DNA of 64,000 nucleotides from Desulfosudaceae bacterium (GCA_963674745.2 CAXXDV010000003.1:1600001-1664000), one strand, 5' to 3'. Shown: positions 27,964-38,206, counted from the first letter of the stretch. Translations and numbers: made by a program. Notes: generated by a model from the sequence alone, not told the origin.

Positions 27964-28086
27964 GCAGAAAACCGGCGATTTTGAAAAAAAGGCTTGAGTT
28001 GCCCGGATTATCGGGCGAGACGATTGCCTGGTCCGTTACTGTAAAATGAAATATAAAAGTTTTAACACACTTACCTGAGGAGGAAG

Positions 28087-28992
28087 ATGATGACAGGCGA
28101 AAAAACGGTTGAAGGGGAAAGCACTTGCGATATGGATTTTGACATGTACCTTGATGATGTGGCCCTTGCACAAAAAATTCTGGCCAGTGCCGATAAAAAT
28201 GACGAAAAAATCAGTGACGCGGGCATCGTGTTTGCTTTGCGGAACCTGCTGAAGATGAAATATTATCCCGTTGCGGTAAAATATTTTTTTGACGAAAAAG
28301 AACTCAAAGAATTTAAAAGCCATGCGACATACAAGGTGTCCCTGCATCCCGTCACCTTCTGCGCCTATGTGGCGGCAAGTAGGCAGCGGGGCGACATTTT
28401 GCTTGGAACCGCCGACAGAGTCGGCTGTTCCAATGCGAAGTACGTTCTGAACTGGAAAGAGCTGGATGAGGGCGAGATTAAAAGCCACCTTAAATACACA
28501 AAGGACCGGGCCCAGGCGGAAAAATTCGTAAAGACCAAAAAGCGGATGCCCAAGGCCCCCCTGGCGTTTGCCACCGCCCCGCTTCACAAGGCGCCCTTCA
28601 AGCCGGACCTGATCCATGGTATGTGCGACACGCTTCAGTCATATCATCTTGCAAACGACTGGAATGCCGCGTTTGACAGCCATCCTTTTGAAATGGTGAT
28701 GACAATGAATTCTTCCATCTGTCACGGCTGCGTCCAGTGTTTTGTAGTGGATAAATTCAATATTACCCAGATGTGCAGCAGCAGCTATACCGCCGGAAAG
28801 ACGGAACAGGGTGAAATTAACTGGATTATGCCTTACGCGCAGATGGAGCCCACAGTTCACTGGATGCTTGAGCGGACCGTCCGTGATGGTGGCGTCTCTT
28901 TAACGAGAACAGGAGAGACCTATCCGGGATTTGATATTTGTAAGCTTTGTCCTTTTCTGGTTTTCAAAAAACCCAGACAGGAGGCGGTGTAA
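28087..28992 (+). CDS. DUF169 family protein
   Basis: YYPVAVKYF, TFCAYV, GCSNA, KPDLI and conserved Cys pattern. Confidence 0.8.
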   Translation: MMTGEKTVEGESTCDMDFDMYLDDVALAQKILASADKNDEKISDAGIVFALRNLLKMKYYPVAVKYFFDEKELKEFKSHATYKVSLHPVTFCAYVAASRQRGDILLGTADRVGCSNAKYVLNWKELDEGEIKSHLKYTKDRAQAEKFVKTKKRMPKAPLAFATAPLHKAPFKPDLIHGMCDTLQSYHLANDWNAAFDSHPFEMVMTMNSSICHGCVQCFVVDKFNITQMCSSSYTAGKTEQGEINWIMPYAQMEPTVHWMLERTVRDGGVSLTRTGETYPGFDICKLCPFLVFKKPRQEAV

Positions 28993-29173
28993 AACCACCT
29001 TGTTTCAGAAGCCGGGCCGGCTATTCAGGGAACAACGGATCAATCACAGCCAGAACCGGGAGAAGCATGAGCTGGTACTTGAAGCATTCCGTTTTTCTGT
29101 TCTTTTTTATCTCTTTGATAATGTTCTAAAGAAGACAATACCGGCCCGACAATAAATAAAAAGGAACGTCCCC

Positions 29174-31168
29174 ATGAAAAAAAATATGTTAAAGATCGCT
29201 GTCGTTCTTATACTTGGGCTGATGCTCATTTCGATTGGATGCGACAAAAAAAATCCTTACTCTCCTGATGCTGATTCCCAGGGGCATACCGCACCAACAG
29301 CCTTTACAACAGCGCTTAATGACAAGGTCCTGACGGAACTCCCTTTTGACGATCGCCAGGATTTTGTCGACTGCAAAAGAGGGTTAATCGCCGCTGACCC
29401 GGATTTAACAGTCAAGAGCGCAAAAGGCAACGTCATCTGGGACCAGCCCGCTTACAAATTTGTTAAGGGTGACGCCCCGGAAAGCGTCAATCCCAGTCTT
29501 TGGCGACAGGCCCGGTTAAACAGCATCCACGGCCTGTTTAAGGTGACGGATGGAATCTATCAACTCCGTGGTTTTTGTCTTTCCAATATGACCATTATTG
29601 AAGGCAAAACCGGTTGGATTATTATCGATCCTCTTACCACCAGGGAAACAGCTGCCAGGGCCATTGCATTTGCCCGCAAGCATCTGGAGAGCAAGCCCAT
29701 TATGGCGATTATTTATACACACAGTCACCTCGATCATTTTGGGGGGGTACTGGGGGTGATATCGCCTGAGGAAGCAGCCAGGCGTAATGTTCGTATTATT
29801 GCACCCCAAGGATTTATGGAGGCGGCCACCAGCGAAAACATCATTGCCGGCACAGCCATGGGGCGCCGGGCCGCATATATGTATGGCAAAAACCTGGCGC
29901 CCTCCGAACGGGGGCATGTGGACAACGGGCTGGGAAAACAAACGCCTTTTGGAAGCTTTAGCATCATGGCTCCCACCGAGCTGGTGGATAGAACCGGCCA
30001 GGAGATGACCATCGATGGGATTCACTTTGTGTTTCAATACGCGCCGGAATCAGAAGCACCCGCGGAGCTGACCTTTTATCTGCCCGAGATTAAAACTTTT
30101 TGCGGCGCGGAAGTACTTTCGCACAACATGCACAATCTCTATACGCTACGCGGAGCCAAGATTCGTGACGCGCTCAAATGGAGCCACTATATTGATGAGG
30201 CCATTAACCTGTTCGGCGATGCTAAAATTTATTTCGGCTGCCATCATTGGCCTATATGGGGCAATGAGCGGATAATTGATTTTTTAAAAAAACAGCGGGA
30301 CCTTTATAAATACATCCACGACCAAACAATCAGACTGGCTAATGAAGGCTATACCCCGAAAGAAATTGCCGAACAGATTGAACTGCCCGAATCCCTGAGC
30401 ACGGTTTTTTACAATCGGGGATATTACGGAACCCTGCGGCATAATTCAAAAGCGGTTTATCAGGCTTATTTTGGCTGGTATGACGCCAATCCCGCGAACC
30501 TTAATCCTTTGCCGCCCCGGGAGGCGGGCAAGCGATATGTCGCGTATATGGGTGGTGCTGAAGAAATTCTTGCCAAGGCTCAGGCCTCTTATGAAAAAGG
30601 CGAATACCGCTGGGTTGCCCAGGTGCTTAATCATCTGGTATTTGCCGAACCTGACAATGTCAAGGCAAAAGAATTGCTGGCCCGCGCCTATGACCAGCTT
30701 GGCTATCAGTCGGAAGCCGGTCCTTGGCGCAATGTTTATCTGACCGGAGCAGACGAGCTGCGTCACGGGGCGCCTGCAGAAGGAGTCGATCTTATTGGTT
30801 TTTATGAGGTTTTAAGAAGGACCGAAGTGTCTGCTTTTTTTGACAGCATGGCCGTAAGGCTGAACGGTCCCAAAGCCGGAGAAAAACAAATGGCGATAAA
30901 CGTGATTTTCACGGACCTGGATGAGAGCCATGTTTTGACAATTGAAAACGGGGTACTGCATCATAAAAAAGCCGCCCCGGACCCGGAAGCAAATGCCACT
31001 ATAAAAGTGACGCATGAACTTTTTGTGCGTATGCTCTCCGGTCTGGCAGGCATTAAAGAGACGATATTCTCTGACTCGCTTGAAACCAGCGGCAGCCGGA
31101 TTGATCTGGTGCGCTTTTTGATGTTGTTTGATAAGCCCGACGGCCTTTTCCCTATTGTAACGCCTTAG
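29174..31168 (+). CDS. Alkyl/aryl-sulfatase (SdsA1/YjcS-like metallo-beta-lactamase), lipoprotein
   Basis: Lipobox, VNPSLWRQA, THSHLDHFGG, HNLYTLRGA, HHWP, RGYYG and a C-terminal SCP2-like domain. Confidence 0.93.
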   Translation: MKKNMLKIAVVLILGLMLISIGCDKKNPYSPDADSQGHTAPTAFTTALNDKVLTELPFDDRQDFVDCKRGLIAADPDLTVKSAKGNVIWDQPAYKFVKGDAPESVNPSLWRQARLNSIHGLFKVTDGIYQLRGFCLSNMTIIEGKTGWIIIDPLTTRETAARAIAFARKHLESKPIMAIIYTHSHLDHFGGVLGVISPEEAARRNVRIIAPQGFMEAATSENIIAGTAMGRRAAYMYGKNLAPSERGHVDNGLGKQTPFGSFSIMAPTELVDRTGQEMTIDGIHFVFQYAPESEAPAELTFYLPEIKTFCGAEVLSHNMHNLYTLRGAKIRDALKWSHYIDEAINLFGDAKIYFGCHHWPIWGNERIIDFLKKQRDLYKYIHDQTIRLANEGYTPKEIAEQIELPESLSTVFYNRGYYGTLRHNSKAVYQAYFGWYDANPANLNPLPPREAGKRYVAYMGGAEEILAKAQASYEKGEYRWVAQVLNHLVFAEPDNVKAKELLARAYDQLGYQSEAGPWRNVYLTGADELRHGAPAEGVDLIGFYEVLRRTEVSAFFDSMAVRLNGPKAGEKQMAINVIFTDLDESHVLTIENGVLHHKKAAPDPEANATIKVTHELFVRMLSGLAGIKETIFSDSLETSGSRIDLVRFLMLFDKPDGLFPIVTP

Positions 31169-33023
31169 CCTCGTGCAGACCTTTAGGACGGCCGTTTTTA
31201 TCCCATCCGCGGAGTTTATAATACCGGGAAAGCATCTTTTCCAGTTCGATTCCGGGCCAGCCATCTTCCCGGACCTCATTTAAGATGCGGTCCGGCAGGG
31301 TGTCATCGGCCCGGGTAATCCCTTCCCGGCAGTTCATGTAACGTTCCAGGTTGAAAGTGCGCTCGCCGGCAGTGTAAAAATCATTCGGGGTGACGTTGTA
31401 TCCCATGATGCCGGACAACAGCGCGGCATAGTCGGAAAGGTCGGTTGTGGCGACCGCTATGGCAGGAAGGTAGCGCATCAACAGGCGCATGATGGGGATG
31501 GGGGTGTGCCTGTATATGAAATTCTCTTCTAAAAACGGAAATTCGGTCCATATGCAGAAGATGGCCGAGTTTACCGCTTCGGTCAGGTCCTGCATGAACT
31601 TGACGAAATGGGCCTTGCCCCTGGTGCCGAGCGGGCTGAGGTAGGAGTCCGCCTCAATGGCATGCGTGCTGCCCGACAGATGGGTGGCGCCGCTGTTGGC
31701 TGTGGCATACCCCAGTCCCTGTCCGGTACATCCCCGGGGATCATAGGCCGCCATTTCAAGCCCCTTGACGTGAATGGCAAATTCCGCGCCGCCCCTTTTT
31801 TCGGACAACGTTCTGACGCCTTCGGCCAGTTCGTTTCCCAGTCCGCGCCGATAGGCAATATCCACGATTATTTCTTCAATACCGTTCGGGTTGCCGAAGG
31901 CGAGGTCGCTTTTCAGCAGGCCTTTTTCCGTTAATTCCATGGCAAAGCCGATGACATTGCCGGTGCTGATGGTATCCATGCCGAGCCGGTTCAACAGCTC
32001 ATTCCAGCGTGCGATATGGGGAAGACTGGTAATCATCAGGTTTGACCCCATCAGGCCGATGGTCTCATATTCCGGTGAAATCATCTCCTTGTTATTGAAT
32101 ACACCGATTCGCCCGCATTGAATGGCGCATCCGGTACAGCCGTGCCTTTTTTTCAAATGCCGGTCCCTGATGGTTTCACCGCAGATATCGTCAATATTAT
32201 CTACCGTTGAGCGGCTGAAGTTCCGGCTTGGCATGATCCCGTATGGACCGTATTTCATTACATTGAGGGGCGTTCCCAGTTCCGGCAGGGTATGGCCGGT
32301 AACGGCATGGGACTTGATTTTATTTCTGGCGGTGGTGACGGCTCGTTTGAATTTTTCAGGATCAGCCGGATGAATTTTACGGTTGCCCGAGGCAACAATC
32401 CCTTTCAGCTTTTTGGCACCCATCACCGCACCCAGGCCGCAACGACCGGCAATGCGCCTGCCCGAGGCAATGACAGCGAATTTGACCATGTTCTCCCCGG
32501 CCGGGCCGATCACCACCCAGTCACCCTCTTCTTTTCCGCGTTCCTGGGTATCACGTGTATCCATGCCCCATATGGCGGTAGCGTCGACGATCTCCTGGGC
32601 CTTGTCCGTCACCCTGACATATACCGGTGTTTCAGACGCCCCGCGGACCATGATGCCGTCAAACCCGGCGCGTTTCAGGCTCAGCCCGAACCGGCCGCCG
32701 GTGTATGAAGAGGCGAAAATCCCGGTCAGCGGGGATTTTGATACGACCGCAAACCGGCCGCCGGATGGTGCCGCCGTGCCGGCGGCCGGTCCGCTCATGA
32801 TGACCAGTATGTTTTCAGCTGAAAGCGGATCGATTCCGGGTGAAATGTGATCGTACAGTATTTTTAAAGCCAGGCCCTTTCCCCCGATATAGTTCTTTCT
32901 GTCTTCGGAGGAGACAGAAAGAACGGATATTTGTCCGGACGTCAGGTCAACATCTAAAACCTTGTTGGTAACGGCGATTATGTCAGTAATGGCGACCACC
33001 TCGCGTTTTGGTGAATACGGCAT
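31152..33023 (-). CDS. aor: Tungsten aldehyde:ferredoxin oxidoreductase family protein
   Basis: KSPLTG, IGPAGEN, GRCGLGAVMG, CTGCAIQC, PEYET, GMDTIS, YDPRG and YYKLRGWD motifs. Confidence 0.93.
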   Translation of the reverse strand: MPYSPKREVVAITDIIAVTNKVLDVDLTSGQISVLSVSSEDRKNYIGGKGLALKILYDHISPGIDPLSAENILVIMSGPAAGTAAPSGGRFAVVSKSPLTGIFASSYTGGRFGLSLKRAGFDGIMVRGASETPVYVRVTDKAQEIVDATAIWGMDTRDTQERGKEEGDWVVIGPAGENMVKFAVIASGRRIAGRCGLGAVMGAKKLKGIVASGNRKIHPADPEKFKRAVTTARNKIKSHAVTGHTLPELGTPLNVMKYGPYGIMPSRNFSRSTVDNIDDICGETIRDRHLKKRHGCTGCAIQCGRIGVFNNKEMISPEYETIGLMGSNLMITSLPHIARWNELLNRLGMDTISTGNVIGFAMELTEKGLLKSDLAFGNPNGIEEIIVDIAYRRGLGNELAEGVRTLSEKRGGAEFAIHVKGLEMAAYDPRGCTGQGLGYATANSGATHLSGSTHAIEADSYLSPLGTRGKAHFVKFMQDLTEAVNSAIFCIWTEFPFLEENFIYRHTPIPIMRLLMRYLPAIAVATTDLSDYAALLSGIMGYNVTPNDFYTAGERTFNLERYMNCREGITRADDTLPDRILNEVREDGWPGIELEKMLSRYYKLRGWDKNGRPKGLHEAKALQ

Positions 33024-33312
33024 GCCGTATCGATTTCGATGTCAGGGAAGTGTAAGAAAATCTTATACCATAAAAGCCGCGTTGACAAATTACGGAGCAT
33101 TTTCAGGAAAAGTTTATTTATTGATTCATCATTACATTGCAGGACAGATATAAGTTGTAAAACATTTGTAATAGCGAAAAGACCGCTATTGTATTCGGGA
33201 TTTTTCTTTTATGCTGTTGGCAGTTGGTAATTTTTAATAACCGAATGGTTTTTAACAAACCAGACAAACCATTTGTTAAAGCAGGCCGGCCAACGGCTGA
33301 AGGGAAACAAAC

Positions 33313-35058
33313 ATGGCGACACAAAAAACGGTTCACCCCCTTGGTACCCGCGCGAAAGTTCTCTTATCAAGTGTCTTCGGGCCTTACGCTCAGGATGATG
33401 AGTTCGGAAGCAGAAGAATAAACCCCATGGAGCTTTATCAGAATCAGGTTACCCGGGTGCAGGGCGCATTTTCCCTCAGGATGTTTCACCGCACGTTCGG
33501 TCTCATGCTGATCCAATCCAACCTCAAAGCCCCCTGTTGCCTGTTGGACTTTCCCACCCGGGATCGATTTATCGATGAGCTGAAAAACAATTCCTATGAC
33601 ATTATCGGCATCAGCGCCATTCTCCCCAATGTGGGTAAAGTAAAGAAAATGTGCGAACTGATCCGGCAGTACCAGCCCCGGGCCGACATTGTCGTGGGCG
33701 GGCATATTGCCGCCAAGGCGGATATCGACACCTACTTTGACGCCGATTATATTGTCCGGGGCGACGGGGTCAGGTGGTTCCGCGAATTTCTGGGTCAGGA
33801 CCCGGAAGAACCGGTTTGCCATCCAGCCGTGCCCTCTGCCTTTGGCACCAGAATTGTCGGCCATACGCTGAGCGAAAAACCCGGCGAAGTGGCGGCCATC
33901 CTGGTTCCTTCCGTGGGATGCCCGGTGGGATGCAATTTCTGTTCAACCTCCGCCCTCTTTGGCGGCAAAGGCAAATTCATCAATTTTTATCAAACCGGCC
34001 GGGAATTGTTTGAGGTCATGTGCGATATTGAAAAGAAGCTGAAAGTACGTTCCTTTTTTGTTCTGGATGAAAACTTCTTACTTCACAAAAAAAGGGCGCT
34101 TGAGTTGCTTGACCTGATGAAAGAGCACGGAAAAAGCTGGGTGCTGAACGTGTTCAGCTCCGCCCGGGTTTTAAAGTCTTACGATATGGAAGATCTGGTC
34201 AGACTGGGTATCGGATGGATCTGGATGGGGCTGGAAGGAAAATCCAGCAGATACCGAAAACTCAATGACATTGACGCCCACCAGCTGATCAAGGAATTAC
34301 AGGACAACGGCATGCGGGTCCTGGGCTCTTCAATCATCGGCCTCGAGGACCATACCCCGGAAAACATTTCCGAGGTCATTGATTACGCGGTCAGTTACAA
34401 CACCGATTTTCACCAGTTCATGCTTTATACGCCCAACCCGGGTACACCGCTTTACGAAGAGCACAAAAAGGACGGCACCTTGTACAGCGAATCGGAATTC
34501 CCGATCGCGGACGCCCACGGCCAGTACCGGTTCAACTATCGGCACCGGCACATAAAGGACGGCCGGGAAGAACAGTTCCTGCTGGACGCCTTTAATACGG
34601 ATTTTAAGGTGAACGGGCCCAGCCTCTTCAGATTGATACGAACCCACCTTTCCGGATGGCAGAAATTCAAAAACCATCCCGACGAACGCATAAGAGACCG
34701 CTATGACTGGGAAGTGGATCCCTTGCGGACAACATATGCCGGCGCTGTCTGGGCCATGAAAAAATATTACCGCAAAGACAAACACATGGCCCGCAGAATG
34801 GACGAACTGCTCCAGGACATATACACCGAATTCGGCTTAAAAACCAGGCTGGCAGGCCCGATTATCGGGGCTTTTGCTTTTTTTGCCATCAAACGGGAAG
34901 AGAAAAGACTGGCGCGGGGATGGACCTATGAACCGGCTTGTTTTTTCGAAAAGAATAAAGCCGCCGAGGCGTTGACGGAAGAAAAAATCGTTGGTAAAAA
35001 AATAAAACCGGATGTTTTTGAATCAATTACGCCCCTGGAACCTGTTTTGGGTAAGTAA
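33313..35058 (+). CDS. Cobalamin-binding radical SAM protein
   Basis: B12-binding N-domain (IIGISA, VVGGH) and CPVGCNFC motif. Confidence 0.9.
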   Translation: MATQKTVHPLGTRAKVLLSSVFGPYAQDDEFGSRRINPMELYQNQVTRVQGAFSLRMFHRTFGLMLIQSNLKAPCCLLDFPTRDRFIDELKNNSYDIIGISAILPNVGKVKKMCELIRQYQPRADIVVGGHIAAKADIDTYFDADYIVRGDGVRWFREFLGQDPEEPVCHPAVPSAFGTRIVGHTLSEKPGEVAAILVPSVGCPVGCNFCSTSALFGGKGKFINFYQTGRELFEVMCDIEKKLKVRSFFVLDENFLLHKKRALELLDLMKEHGKSWVLNVFSSARVLKSYDMEDLVRLGIGWIWMGLEGKSSRYRKLNDIDAHQLIKELQDNGMRVLGSSIIGLEDHTPENISEVIDYAVSYNTDFHQFMLYTPNPGTPLYEEHKKDGTLYSESEFPIADAHGQYRFNYRHRHIKDGREEQFLLDAFNTDFKVNGPSLFRLIRTHLSGWQKFKNHPDERIRDRYDWEVDPLRTTYAGAVWAMKKYYRKDKHMARRMDELLQDIYTEFGLKTRLAGPIIGAFAFFAIKREEKRLARGWTYEPACFFEKNKAAEALTEEKIVGKKIKPDVFESITPLEPVLGK

Positions 35059-35127
35059 AAATCTGCAGAATCAGACCGATTCACGATACAACTTAAATGG
35101 CGACCGGAATAATTTGCCCGCTAAAAT

Positions 35128-35162
35128 AAAAAAGGCGCCCCCCGATATACAGGGAGCACCTT
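35128..35162 (-). terminator. Rho-independent terminator of the cold-shock gene
   Basis: Minus strand AAGGTGCTCCC…GGGGGCGCCTT followed by a T-run. Confidence 0.7.
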
Positions 35163-35182
35163 AATTGCTCGATAAAACTTGC

Positions 35183-35383
35183 TTAGACAGCAGTCACGTT
35201 AACAGCAGACGGGCCTTTGGGCCCATCTTCTACTTCAAAAGTAACGCGGGCACCTTCTTCGAGGGATTTAAAACCGTTTGCATTAATTGCACTGTGATGC
35301 ACAAATACATCCGGTCCGTCTTCTTGCTCGATGAAGCCAAATCCTTTACGATCATTAAACCACTTAACTGTTCCATTTTTCAT
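35183..35383 (-). CDS. cspA: Cold-shock protein
   Basis: GTVKWFN, KGFGFI and DVFVHHSAI motifs. Confidence 0.97.
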   Translation of the reverse strand: MKNGTVKWFNDRKGFGFIEQEDGPDVFVHHSAINANGFKSLEEGARVTFEVEDGPKGPSAVNVTAV

Positions 35384-35829
35384 AATATCATCCTCCTTTC
35401 AAAAAATTTCAATATTACGTACTGTAGGATGATACCGTTTGAAAAACGAACAATTCCTGCAGCAAGAACCCCATCCGCTGAATTTCAGCGGAATTTAATT
35501 GATATTTTAATCTTAAGCGGTAAAAAATCCAATAGCAAGCTAAAAGTTTATTATAAAAAAATAAAAAAGCGTCCGGACAGCATTTCATCATTTTGCGAAA
35601 CCCAATTTCAACCAGAAGCTTCAGGGATAAATTTTGAAAAAACAGAACGACCCGCAGGTTCCCCGGGCCTGTGCGAGAAAGGATGATAAGGTTTAATCAC
35701 AAAAAAAGCTTGTTTTTAAAGGCAGAAAACGGCTATTTTAAAGACAACTATCTTTAATGACCAAATTATTTTTGGTCGGCCCCCGAACCAAGGCAAATAA
35801 ACGGACTGAACCATAAGAGGCGTTTTATC

Positions 35830-36345
35830 ATGAAAGAAATTGCCGTCATTATAGCCGATCTCTTTGAGGATTCCGAATATACCCGTCCTGTAAATGCCTT
35901 TCAGGCTGCGGGTCATTCTATTACCCATATCGGTCTTTCAGAGGGAGCGAATGTTAAAGGGAAAAAGAAACAAACACCGGTAACGATTGAAAAGGCAGTT
36001 GCCGATGTGGTCATCGATGAATTTGATGCCCTGTTAATTCCCGGAGGCTATTCACCGGACAAACTTCGCGAGGATGATAAAGTCGTCAATTTTGTCAGAC
36101 AATTTGTCGAGAGCGGCAAGCCCGTTTTTTCCATCTGTCATGCCCCCCAGCTGCTGATTTCGGCCGATGTTATCAGAGGCAGGCGGATTACCGGCTGGAA
36201 ATCGATTGTTCAGGACATCAAGAATGCCGGGGCAACATTCGTGGACGAGGCTGTGGTCGAGGATGGAAACCTGATCTCCAGTCGTTATCCCGGCGATCTG
36301 GATGCTTTTATAGAAGCCTGCCTGAAAAAGTTACACGTGGGATAA
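35830..36345 (+). CDS. pfpI: PfpI/DJ-1 family intracellular protease/glyoxalase
   Basis: FEDSEY, IPGGYSPDKLR, ICHAP and LISSRYPGDL motifs. Confidence 0.92.
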   Translation: MKEIAVIIADLFEDSEYTRPVNAFQAAGHSITHIGLSEGANVKGKKKQTPVTIEKAVADVVIDEFDALLIPGGYSPDKLREDDKVVNFVRQFVESGKPVFSICHAPQLLISADVIRGRRITGWKSIVQDIKNAGATFVDEAVVEDGNLISSRYPGDLDAFIEACLKKLHVG

Positions 36346-36355
36346 CGTCGGTCTT

Positions 36356-38098
36356 CTAACCCTTCCCGTCCTCATAAACATCATCCTCATAAACGCCTTC
36401 AGAGGGGAGTTCATCATAAACATCGCCTTCATAAACGGCTTCATTGGAGAATTCACTTCCTTCAGCCGTTTTGTCTGCCGAACGGATGATATAGTGGTCC
36501 CAGTATTCAACATTCTTGAAAACCAGTGAAAAACGGGCAAACTCCCCCGGAAGGATCACCCTGGGTTCCGCCATGAGCTTCTGCTCCTGAATGGTAGAAT
36601 CGCTCCAGTCGACAAAGGCCACTTCAACAACAAGATTTTTAATCGGTTTGGTTCCTGTGTTTCTGATCTTTCCGTACACACGCAAACGGCTGTCTTCCAT
36701 CTCTTCGATGTCATGACTGGTGATTTCAATTTCGTCCGGCGCTTTAGTAACTACTTTTGTAATGGGTGCCAGTTCTTCCGTAACGTGATGTTCCGTCATG
36801 GGGCGATTTGCAGATGTATTGAGGTTTTTTGAGCTGGTATCTGTTCCTGTCCCAAATTTGAAGATCAAAACGAAAAAACCGATTAAAACAAGTACGGCAA
36901 TGGGTGTAAGAAATTTCGTAAAAGAAGCGGAGGAGGAGCTGCTCATCTTTTGCGGGATCATCATGGTTTGAGACAGTTGGGTCGGGATGATATTCGGGTT
37001 GCTGAATTCGGTTGACGCAGCCGGCGGCGGTTCGGAATCCGTTGTTTCCGTTTCGTCAATCTGCAGGACCTGGAAACTTTTTTTCAGTTTCGTCAGTTCC
37101 TGGATCAACTGGTCATAGCTCATAAAACGATCATCCGGGTTTTTGGCCATCATTTTCCTTATGACACCGGCAATAGCGGGCGGAACAGCAAAACTGGAGG
37201 TAGGAGAAGGAAACGGAACCGGATCATTGATGTGTTTCATGATAAGGGTTAAGGCATCATCCGATTTGAACGGCAGCCGACCGATGATGAACCGGTAAAG
37301 CATGACGCCCAGGCCATAGATGTCTGTCCGAAAGTCTACTTTTTCACCGCGCCCCTGTTCCGGGGACATGAACAAGGGCGTTCCCAGCACCATGCTGGTT
37401 CGAGTCAGGTGCTGATCTTCGGTAAGTACTTTGGCCATGCCGAAATCAGTGATTTTGACAACACCTTCAGCGTTGATAAGGATATTGGCCGGTTTTATGT
37501 CCCGGTGAATAATCCCGATTTGCAGGGCCTTTTTCAGCCCTTCACACACCTGGATGGCAATTCCCAAGGCCTTTGAAACAGAAAAACGCTTCTGCTTATG
37601 AATCATTTGGGCGGTTGAGGGGCCGTTGACGTATTCCATCACAAAGTATGGCATCCGGCCTTCTTCGCCGGCAGTGTAAATTTGCGTAATATTCGGATGG
37701 GACAGTTTGGCCAGTGCCTGTGCTTCTAGAAAAAAACGTTGTCTTTGTGTCTCATCTTCGATCGATAGCACCTTGATGGCAACATGACGGTTCAGTGATT
37801 CGTCAAGACATTTGTAAACGATTCCCATCCCCCCTTTTCCAAGGGCCCTTTCGACCTTATAGGGCCCGATGGTTTTCGGGAGGTCAACCACTGTTTGTTT
37901 CAACCCGGCAGCAGAAGGAACTTCCGGCTCAGGTCCTGGTTCCGATCTTACCTGCTCTTGCGTTTTCCCGTATTGTTTATCCTTCTGGAACAGAGCGAAT
38001 CCGCAGGCTTTACACTTGGGGGCCTTTTGTTTTATCTGGTCGATTTTATCAATATCAACTTTGTATTTTTGGCCGCATTCGGAACAGGTGATGTGCAT
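36356..38098 (-). CDS. Hanks-type Ser/Thr kinase with N-terminal zinc ribbon, TM helix and external FxLYD-like domain
   Basis: CSEC…CKAC; GKGGMG, VAIK, HRDIKPAN, DFG and GTPLFMSPE; GKIRNTG…ILPGE. Confidence 0.93.
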   Translation of the reverse strand: MHITCSECGQKYKVDIDKIDQIKQKAPKCKACGFALFQKDKQYGKTQEQVRSEPGPEPEVPSAAGLKQTVVDLPKTIGPYKVERALGKGGMGIVYKCLDESLNRHVAIKVLSIEDETQRQRFFLEAQALAKLSHPNITQIYTAGEEGRMPYFVMEYVNGPSTAQMIHKQKRFSVSKALGIAIQVCEGLKKALQIGIIHRDIKPANILINAEGVVKITDFGMAKVLTEDQHLTRTSMVLGTPLFMSPEQGRGEKVDFRTDIYGLGVMLYRFIIGRLPFKSDDALTLIMKHINDPVPFPSPTSSFAVPPAIAGVIRKMMAKNPDDRFMSYDQLIQELTKLKKSFQVLQIDETETTDSEPPPAASTEFSNPNIIPTQLSQTMMIPQKMSSSSSASFTKFLTPIAVLVLIGFFVLIFKFGTGTDTSSKNLNTSANRPMTEHHVTEELAPITKVVTKAPDEIEITSHDIEEMEDSRLRVYGKIRNTGTKPIKNLVVEVAFVDWSDSTIQEQKLMAEPRVILPGEFARFSLVFKNVEYWDHYIIRSADKTAEGSEFSNEAVYEGDVYDELPSEGVYEDDVYEDGKG

Positions 38099-38168
38099 TT
38101 TTTACAAACCCGGCAATTAAAATTTAGTGGTTTTTAAAAAATTAAGGATAAGACGTCTTTATTAAAAA

Positions 38169-38206
38169 TTTTTGTTATATATAACAAAAAAAGGCTATTA
38201 TGTCAA
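38169..38206 (-). promoter_or_regulatory. Sigma70 promoter overlapped by a 22-bp palindrome
   Basis: Minus strand TTGACA-17-TATATA; perfect palindrome TTTTTGTTATATATAACAAAAA at 38169-38190. Confidence 0.6.

Noticed and set aside
27561..31578. AOR 3' duplicate as a DGR template/variable repeat pair
   Set aside because: The substitutions are not adenine-specific on either strand and are mostly synonymous, and no reverse transcriptase is nearby.
35165..35686. 173-aa plus-strand ORF
   Set aside because: It is the antisense shadow of the cold-shock gene and its leader.
35771..35784. Possible inverted motif A copies (here 12/14 match; also TCCCGACCCC at ~54563-54572)
   Set aside because: They are short, degenerate and lack any accompanying module, so they cannot be distinguished from chance without a genome-wide model.
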